A DNA stretch of 64,000 nucleotides from the human T2T-CHM13v2.0 reference genome, Homo sapiens, in the NCBI RefSeq assembly GCF_009914755.1, contig NC_060931.1; one strand, given 5' to 3'. This document shows positions 55,747 through 64,000 of this stretch, piece after piece. Position 1 is the stretch's first letter. Every line of letters starts with the position of its first letter. The translations under genes were made by a program, and so were the position numbers. The notes below the pieces were generated by a model. The model was given only the letters and a program-made list of their open reading frames with translations, ran no database searches and had not been told where the DNA came from.

Positions 55747-55842
55747 GTGTGTGTGTGTGTGGGTGTGTGTGTGGGTGTGTGTGTGTATATGTTTATAATA
55801 TATATAGAGAGAGACACACATACATATATAGACACACATATG
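55747..55842. repeat. Compound (GT)/(TA)/(GA)/(CA) microsatellite
   Basis: Seen directly. Confidence 0.9.
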
Positions 55843-57494
55843 TATGAGTAAAGGCTTCTTTTCCCTCTGCACTAGAAAGAGTACAAGAAACATTTTACAG
55901 CAATTTATCTGCAAACATAGGGCAATATTTAGTATTCCCAAGATGAACATTGTAGAGTGATTATTTAGAAATCACTAAATAATTATTTGTGATTACTTAG
56001 AAAATATTTAGAGTAATTCTTATGTATCCTATCTCTAAAACATTTCACTTTCTGTAGATAGGGTTTTGTAAATTATTAAAATCTGATATATTGATGAGGA
56101 CCCAAAAGCAAAAGAGACAATTATGGGAATAGACTAATTTGAAACCATACCAAGAAAAGCATTCAACAAGTATTTTCTCATAAAATAATCAGAACATTAT
56201 TCAGTTTCACTTCAACTTGCTCAGAAGCTGAAGTGACCTTTAAGTTCAATTTCTGGAAAACATTGATTAACATACTTTGCTGTTTCTATTAAACTGTATT
56301 CTGAGGAATGGCCAAGCAGATAAAGCAGCATGGAACAAAGATGTACTTTGCACATTAGATTCCCTACAGATGCAGAAGTTACTCATTTATCTCTGGGTTC
56401 TCCCTAAACTTGCTTCTTGAGGGATGAATGCTTAGCTTCTGTTAGGCAACTTGATTGCACAAGTGCTGTACTGCAGGTTCCTACACGGTCCTCTGAAGCC
56501 CAAATTTAGGAAGCAAGCATTCTGGGCTCTCTTAGTAACTAGACAGCTCAAGTAGAGCAAGTTGAGCACTGGTGTGTGGTCTACAAACGATCCCGTCTCT
56601 GGGCATGAGACTGCACTATGGAGAATGTTACTGGGCTGAGTTCCAGATCCTTGAGTGAGTGGATGGTGAATTAGGTCATTTTGTTTCCCCTCACTTTCTT
56701 ATGAGGGAGACTAAAATAGAATATTCTGAAACAGCAGAATAGTGAGAGCATTTAACAAAAGATCCCAAGAGCAATACCTTTTTAGAAAAGGCATAAGGAA
56801 CAAGGCACAAAAGAAACAAGGTTGTAATCACACAGTGGAAGTAAACTGTGGGCAAGGAGATGGGAATGAGAGCAGACCCAACTTGGAAGGCTAAGTAAAT
56901 AACTATGCATTGGGTTAAAAAGAGAGAAAGAGAGAGAGAAAGAGACAGAGAGAGAAAAGGGAGAGAATTGAACAAATATACATTGAACATTTGAGGGTAG
57001 ATAAATGGAGTAAAAAAATATTTAATGTTATGAATCCAGTAGTAGATAGTTTAAAAGTAAACAGAAAGATGCTAGGAAATAAGTCTGGAAATTCAGAGGA
57101 GGGTGTTTAAGGCTTTTACTACTTGCTGATCAGCTTCTATAACTGGCTGACTCTTCTGTGGCAACTAGTATTAAGGGTTTACTCTGTCCTGGCTTCTTCC
57201 TCACATCACTGTAGCATGATCTATTGCACTGTGCCCCAAAATTATCCCTTTAAACACACTTCCGTGCCAAAACAGATGGGATACTCAATTCTAAAACACC
57301 ATTCTCTTATGAAAGTATATACTTGAAGTAGGCCACCAAGGGGCTGTTCTTTGAATGAAATGGATGAAACTCAGTAGATAAAAAATACAAAAGCAGACGA
57401 ATGGAGTGGGAATTCGATCTATTGTAATATGCATAGTCTGTTTAAGAAAAAGAAAAAGTAACATACAGCTATTGTAACACATCATATAGTATTT

Positions 57495-57690
57495 CGTTTC
57501 CCTGTATTAACCCATGTGTTCCTCACAATAACTCTGTGAGATTAGTGTTTTCATGAACTCCAATTAAAAAATGGGACACTGAGATGTAGAAAGTAACTTG
57601 CCTGAATCACACAACTAAGAGCTGACAGAGCTAGTATCTGGACCCAGGATGTCTGCTTTCACAACCCATAGTCTTAGCCACTGCACCACA
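57495..57690 (-). mobile_element. MIR
   Basis: TCCTCACAATAACTCTGTGAG..ACTGAGATGTAGAAAGTAACTTGCC..TCACACAACTAAG..ACCCAGG..CTTAGCCACTG. Confidence 0.85.
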
Positions 57691-58059
57691 TTCATTTCCA
57701 TATTTTAAAGCCCCCATTGAAAATTAAACCAATCAAGGACTCTGACACTTTTAGTTACTAAAGTGAGTGACTGCCTTTATAACTGAAATATTGAGTAATC
57801 AGGACTAATCTCAGGTGTCGAGCCAGGGCTCCTGGTGTGCTGAAATAGCTGGGACCCAAGAAAGAAAGGATGGAGATAATACTCTGAACATAACCTCCAC
57901 ATAGATAAAAGCAGGTGAGGAAGAAGGTGATGTAATTAAGCATAGGCTGTGAGAAAAAAGACCAAGACTACAAATAGGTCCTTTTGTTGATTTGTGTTTG
58001 ATACTGTAAGGATATGTGATTTAACCCACGGTGATAAAGAATTCTTCTAAAATTGTCTA

Positions 58060-58150
58060 CTTCAGGGCCAGCCATGTTTTTTCATCTGTGTTTCATCAGT
58101 GACTATTACAGTGCCTGGCATGCAGCGGGTGCACAATAAATACTCATTAA
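58060..58150 (+). mobile_element. L2 3' end
   Basis: ACAGTGCCTGGCATGCAGCGGGTGCACAATAAATACT. Confidence 0.7.
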
Positions 58151-60551
58151 AGAAAAGACAAAAGGGGAGCTGGAGTTAGGAGGGCTTCAAGAGCAATATA
58201 AATATATGGGAAATATAGGAGTGACATAAGCTTTGTGATAAGATCCATAGTCCAAGTTGTCACAAGACAAAAAAACAGAGGCATTAGATTCTGAATGGAT
58301 TAATTTCAGTCAAGTATTAGAAACTGCACTTATTTTGTGCAAGACTTGGCAATATGCTATAAGAATATGGAAAAAAGATACCTAGGTAACAACCATTTGG
58401 TTTGTATCCTTGAGAAACAATCTTGTGGCACTAGAAGTAAGGGAGAGGGCAAGAGCTACTGGGGACTGAAAGAGATCTTACAAACAAGTGGGTAGATTTT
58501 GAATGAAAAAATCTTTTCCAGGTAAGATTAAGTGGGTGTTTGTGGGGTAGGGAGTAGAGGCATCGGTTGACGGCTGGGAGAGTTGGTGGCAATAAAATAT
58601 ATAAAATTATTCCAGTTGAAAGGGAAAATCGTAGCCAGAGCCCCTTAGGGAAAGAGCACAGCAAAACTGTAGACCCATATGCCTGGTCCACATGGCTAAT
58701 GCTGGTTTGCTCTGCTTATCAATTTAGGAAATTTACAGTAGATTTTTCTCATCCTAATACACTATCAAAGCACACATATACTTCAACACTGTCTGTACAC
58801 AGTTAGTAAAGGAAAACTCAAAATCTTCATGTACGATTATTGAATGTAATAAAGGGTTGCAATTATACAAAAGAATGATTGTTCATTGACATGGAGATGA
58901 TGGTTTTGTACTGCTAAATAGTAGGGGAAAGTAGGCCTGAATGCGATTGTGATTTTTAATAACTCGAGTGAAAGTGCACAGGATATGAAATGACTATTCA
59001 CTGTACACTATTAACTTCTGAAATATGAATAAAAGTACTAGTTCCTGAAATATGAAAAGACACGTGATAGTGACACAACAAAAGAAGCCTTCTAAACAAT
59101 CAACATCCAGAGACTGGGGCTGGGATAGGGTGAGGAATCCTGTAATATCTTAGCCCAGGCTCTCTGAAGGTTTATTGAGTACACATGTGTAAGCATAGCA
59201 TTCCTTCTCTTTGCAAGTTATTCTGGCCAAAAACTTGCCCTTTTGAAAACCCGAACAATGAATGCTCTCTGCCAAACCTCATCATAGTGAAGTCTAAGTC
59301 AAAAATCCCCACAGTTCTGTGAAATGTGAATCAAGCCAAAGAAAGGGAAATGTTATTCACCCGTCTGTACATCCAGTATAGGTGCTTTTGAACAGCTACT
59401 TTACAGGTGATAGAAGTCAATTTCAAAATCTACTACTATAATTTCTTAATTTGTATTAACTTCCATTTCCAAATTAAAAATAATTTGTCTTACACTCTTT
59501 CATCATGCAGGTCATTTTTCAGACAGAATAATCTGGCTACTTTTATAATTGGCCAATCTGCTTGGGAAGAAACATATAACAATGAATTCGGTTATGATGG
59601 GGAACTATATAAATATATGAAGAGACAAGACCGGAGATAGTGTGGTCAAAACAATGAATTTTTAATTTTAAAATATGTCAAGGATAAAGTTAATATATAT
59701 AAAACTGCAAAAATATATAAAGAATTCACTCTCTGGTGTGTAAAGTCAAACCTAAAATCTTGTTAACATTTGAGATGGTTATTTTCATTTACAAATAAAT
59801 TTTTAAAACTAGTACTCTCATTATGATTAAGTATTCACAAGCCATCATGAAGATATATTGATAGAAGTTTAAAAAAAAGAGGTAGACAACATGAGTCTAT
59901 ACAAAAAAGTGAGTTGCACATACCTAGTGTGCAAATTGAGTATGCATTTAAAAAGTTTTAGTGAGAATATTATATTGCTTCATCCCTCTATTGGATTGAG
60001 CTAAGTTGTCAAGACAAGATCACTCCTTAAAACATTTTTAAATTTATTCTGTGTAACAGAAATTAAAACCCAAAATCCAAGATTCTAGTAAGAGTCCAAA
60101 GCATATTAGTCATATTGATCTTAGTCTTTTCAGACACTTCTATTGTTTCAGAAAATTCAGTAGGTTATCACCCTTTAGTCACACATTCTGGGATCAGGTT
60201 CCATGACTTTTTCCAAACAAGTTCTTGAAATGTGTTTTGTATGCTACGACTCATACAAACTAAAACCAGAAATAAAAAAGCATGCCTAAACTTTCAGCTG
60301 TTGCCCCAGTATAACACAAATTCAGCAGAAACTCCAGTTAACTGTGAAGCACAGAATCAGGTCATTATTAAATAAGTATAAATATAAGGTAAAAATAGTA
60401 TGACTTCGGTATATATAAAATTATATAGAAAAGTGAAAACAACTTTGGGTCTGACTGAAGGAAAGCTTCCTGAGAGACACTAAAACTCAATTAAAAAAAA
60501 TTCAGCAATTTGGAACATAAGGAAGAGAAGGAATAATGTGTAAAGTAACAT

Positions 60552-60578
60552 GTATATATGTGTGTGTGTGTGTATTTG

Positions 60579-60622
<44 letters not shown>
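60552..60622. repeat. Compound (TG)(TA)(GA) microsatellite
   Basis: Seen directly. Confidence 0.92.
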
Positions 60623-60630
<8 letters not shown>

Positions 60631-60647
60631 TTAGAGATATATCTGTA

Positions 60648-60959
60648 CAATCATGTGATGTGTACAATGTTTTATTCAAAAATGGATCACATATATCAAG
60701 GTGGTCCCAGAAGTATAATATGTTTTTACCATATCTTTTCTATGTTTAGTTATGTTCAGAAACACAAATACTTCACACTGTGTCATAGTTGCCTACAATA
60801 TTCAGTATAGTAGCATGCTGTATAGATTTGTAGCCTAGGAGCAATAGGCTATACCATCTAGGTTTGCGTAGGTTCATTCTATGATGTTTGCACAATGACA
60901 AAATTGCCTAACAACATATTCCTCAGAACATATCCCTGTCATTAAATGATACATGACTG
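60648..60959 (+). mobile_element. Tigger3a/MER7A-like MITE, opposite orientation to the 27146 copy
   Basis: TA|CAATCATG..GGTGGTCCCA..GTAGCCTAGGAGCAATAGGCTATACCAT..CATGACTG|TA. Confidence 0.88.
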
Positions 60960-61653
60960 TATAGTGCATGTATTCAGACATGGATGTATCTGTGTATAGA
61001 TATGCATATATATGTGTAAAATATAATAGGGAGATAGTAAGATGGTAGCCATATTTGCTGGCCACTCTATATTGTGGAACACATGTAAGTTTTAGCTTCT
61101 AAAAGTTATTTTGGGGGGAGGTAGAAGCCTCTTGGGTATAATTTAATATTCAAAATAGTCATGGTATATATATTATACATATAACATTTGTTGGAGAGTG
61201 ATTCTTCAGGCACTTAATGTGGTAGATGTTATTGAGATTGAAAGAGAAAAAAAGAGTAAGTAGTCACACAGTAATTTTGGCAAGAATCTTGGAAGCATAA
61301 TCATCATCTGGAATTGAAAACATCTGGCACTGATGTTGTGTCTTGTCAATATCATTAAAATAGCAAAGACAGATGTAAAAAATGCACATATTTTTTAAGT
61401 GCTTAAGATTGATTTATAGAGATGACTAATAAATAGCATTTTTTGCATGAGAGCCTATAATTACAATCATAATTTGAAATCTGAATGTTTTTAGTAATTC
61501 AAATGTGTTATTTTATTAGAAAAATAAGTAATTACAAGAACAGCTAATTTACAGTATTTATTTATTATGATAGTATTTATTATAAACAGAAAAAATGGCA
61601 GCAAGGTGGTAAATGGAAGTAGAGGAAAACATAAGCATTAAGTTGAAAGGCAC

Positions 61654-62030
61654 TGATATGGTCTGGTTCTGTGTTCCACCCAAATTTCATCTTGAATTGT
61701 AATCCAAATTGTAATACCCATGCATTGTGCAAGGGATCTCATGGGAGGTGATTAGGTCATGAGGGCAGTTCCCCCATGCTGTTCTCGTGATAGTGAGTGA
61801 GTTCTCATGAGACCTGATGGTATTATAAGGGGCTTTCCCCCACTTCTCTCTGCACTTCTATCTCCTGCTGCCATGTGAAGAAGGACAGGTTTGCTTCCCC
61901 TTCTGCCATGATTGTAAGTTTCCTGAGGCCTACCCAGCCATGTGGAACTGTGAGTCAATTAAACCTCTTTCCTTAGAAATTACCCAGTCTCAGGTATTTC
62001 TTCACAGCAGCATGAAAACAAGCTAACACA
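61654..62030 (+). mobile_element. THE1D-like 5' LTR (ERVL-MaLR)
   Basis: TGATATGG..CCCCCATGCTGTTCTCGTGATAGTGAGTGAGTTCTCA..GTAAGTTTCCTGAGGCC..GAGTCAATTAAACC..CTAACACA. Confidence 0.92.
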
Positions 62031-63882
62031 GTAAATCAGTACTGGATAGTGTGGTGCTGCTGCAAAGATACCTGAAAATGTGGAAGCGACTTTGGAACTG
62101 GGTAACAGGCAGAGGTTGGAATGGTGTGAAGGGCTCAGAAGAAGACAGGAAGATGTGAGAAAGTCTGAAACTTCTGAGACTTGTTGAATGGTTTTGACCA
62201 AAATGCTTATAATGATATGAACAATGAAGTGCAGGCTGAGGTGGTTTTAGATGGAGATGAGAAATGTGTTGGGAACTGGATAAAGGTGTCTCTTGCTATG
62301 TTTTAGCAAAGAGACTGGTGGCATTTTGCCTCAGCCCCAGAGATCTGTGGAGCTTTGAACTTGAGAGAGATGATTTAGGGTATCTGGCAGAAAAAATTTC
62401 TAACTGGCAAAGGGCTCAAGAGTAAACAGAGCAAAAAAATTTGGAAAATTTGCCTCCTGATGATGTAACAGAAAAGAAAAACCCATTTTCTGAGGAAAAA
62501 TTTAAGCCTGTGGCAGAAATTTGCATAAGTAACTAGGAGCCAAATGTTAAACATGAAGACAATGGGGAAATGTCTCCAGGGCATGTCAGAGACTTCACAG
62601 CAGCCCTTCCTGTCACAGGCCTGGAGGCCTAGAAGAAAAACGTTTCATGGGCTGGATCCAGGGCCTCCCTGCTGTGTGCAGCCTTGGACTTGGTGCCCTG
62701 TGTTCCAGGTGGTCCAGCCGTGGCTAAAAGGGGCCAAGTTACAGCTCAGGCCATTGCTTAAGAGGGTGCAACCTAAGTCTTGGCAGCTTCCATGTGGTGT
62801 TGGTCCTGCAGGTGCAAAGAAGTCAAGAATGAGATTTGGGAAACTCTGCCTAGATTTCACAGGATGTATGGAAATGCATGGATGTCCTGGCAGAAGTCTG
62901 CTGCAGGAGAAGAGCCCTCATGGAGAACCTCTGCTAGGGAAGTACAGAAGGGAAATGTGGGGTGAGAGCCCTCACAAAGTAATGGAGTAGTGGCCAGAGC
63001 CTCCTGTAGGGGCACTGCATAGTGGAGCTGTGAGAAGAGGGCCACCATCCTCAAGACTCCAGAATGGTAGATCCACTGACAGCTTGCACTGTGCTGGAAA
63101 AGCCACAGACACTCAATGCTGACCTGTGAAAGCAGCCAGGAGTGGGGCTGTACCTTGCAAAGCCACAGGAGCAGAGCTTCCCCAGGCTATGAGAGCACAC
63201 CTCTTGTATCAGCATAACCTGGATATGAGACATGGAGTCAAAGGAGATCATTTTGGAACTTTAAGGTTTAATGACTACTTTATTGAATTTTAGACTTGCA
63301 TGGGGCCTGTAGCTTCTTCGTTTTGGCCAATTTCCCCTTTTGGAATGGGTGCATTTCCCCAATGCCTGTACCCCAATTATATTTTGAAGTAACTAACTTG
63401 CTTTTGATTTTCCAGGTGCATATCTGGAAGAGACTTGCTTTGTCTCAGATGAGACTATGGACTTGAACTTTTTTTTTTTTTTTGAGACGGAATCTCGCTC
63501 TTTTGCCCAGGCCGGACTGCAGTGGTGCTATCTCGGCTCACTGCAAGCTCCGCCTCCTGGGCTCACACCATTCTCCTGCCTCAGCCTCCTGAGTAGCTGG
63601 GATTACAGGCGCCCGCCACTGTGCCTGGCTAATTTTTTGTATTTTTAGTAGAGACGGGGTTTCACCGTGTTAGCCAAGATGGTCTTGATCTCCTGACCTC
63701 GTGATCCACCTGCCTCAGCCTCCCAAAGTGCTGGGATTACAGGCATGAGCCATCGCACCCAGCCGGACTTGGACTTTTGAGTTAATGCTGAAATGAGTTA
63801 AGACTTTGGGGAACTGTTGGAAAAGCATAATTGTGTTTTGAAATTTGATAAAGATGACATTTGAGAGGGGTCAGGGTCAGAA
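62031..63882 (+). mobile_element. THE1 internal region (decayed), interrupted by AluY
   Basis: GAAAATGTGGAAGCGACTTTGGAACTGGGTAACAGGCAGAGG start; polypurine tract GAGAGGGGTCAGGG before the 3' LTR. Confidence 0.92.
63469..63764 (-). mobile_element. AluY-family element
   Basis: CTGCAAGCTCCGCC, CCATTCTCC and CACCGTGTTAGCC diagnostics; TSD GGACTTG(A/G)ACTTTT. Confidence 0.95.
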
Positions 63883-64000
63883 TGATATGATTTGGCTCTG
63901 TGTCCCCACCTAAATCTTATGTTGAATTGTAATCTGAATTATAATCCCTATGTGTTGGGAGAGGGACCTCATGTGAGGTGACTAGGTCATGGGAGCAGTT
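63883..64000 (+). mobile_element. THE1D-like 3' LTR (cut by window edge)
   Basis: TGATATGATTTGGCTCTGTGTCCCCACC; direct repeat of 61654 onward. Confidence 0.9.

Noticed and set aside
61752-63648. Cluster of overlapping ORFs up to 148 aa
   Set aside because: Fragments of THE1 LTR/internal sequence and AluY, with frameshifts and stops; no intact gag or pol

Overview
AT-rich, CpG-poor primate genomic DNA, almost certainly human 7q21.11. It lies inside the 5' part of SEMA3D (semaphorin 3D) on the minus strand. The only protein-coding piece is the first coding exon (5772-5582: 40 nt of 5'UTR, then codons 1-50 plus 1 nt, [10 protein letters not shown]...KLTYK). A 132-nt candidate 5'UTR exon (37577-37446) is carved out of a sense-oriented MLT2 LTR. 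No CpG-island promoter is visible, so the TSS probably lies beyond the right edge. The rest is intron filled with Alus, L1 3' ends (two with twin-priming inversions), MIR/L2, Tigger/Charlie/MADE1 DNA transposons, a MER11 solo LTR and a THE1D LTR-internal-LTR element. I see no new multi-gene biological system. The most unusual items are: a ~290-bp inverted duplication of apparently non-repeat sequence 1.8 kb apart; the LTR-derived exon, whose donor sits 16 nt from the LTR poly(A) signal; an L1 target-site duplication that copied the branch point and pyrimidine tract of the coding exon; a chimeric Alu; and a perfect 56-bp AT palindrome. Repeat subfamily calls come from remembered consensus sequences, not from a RepeatMasker run. 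Boundaries of old repeats are approximate.
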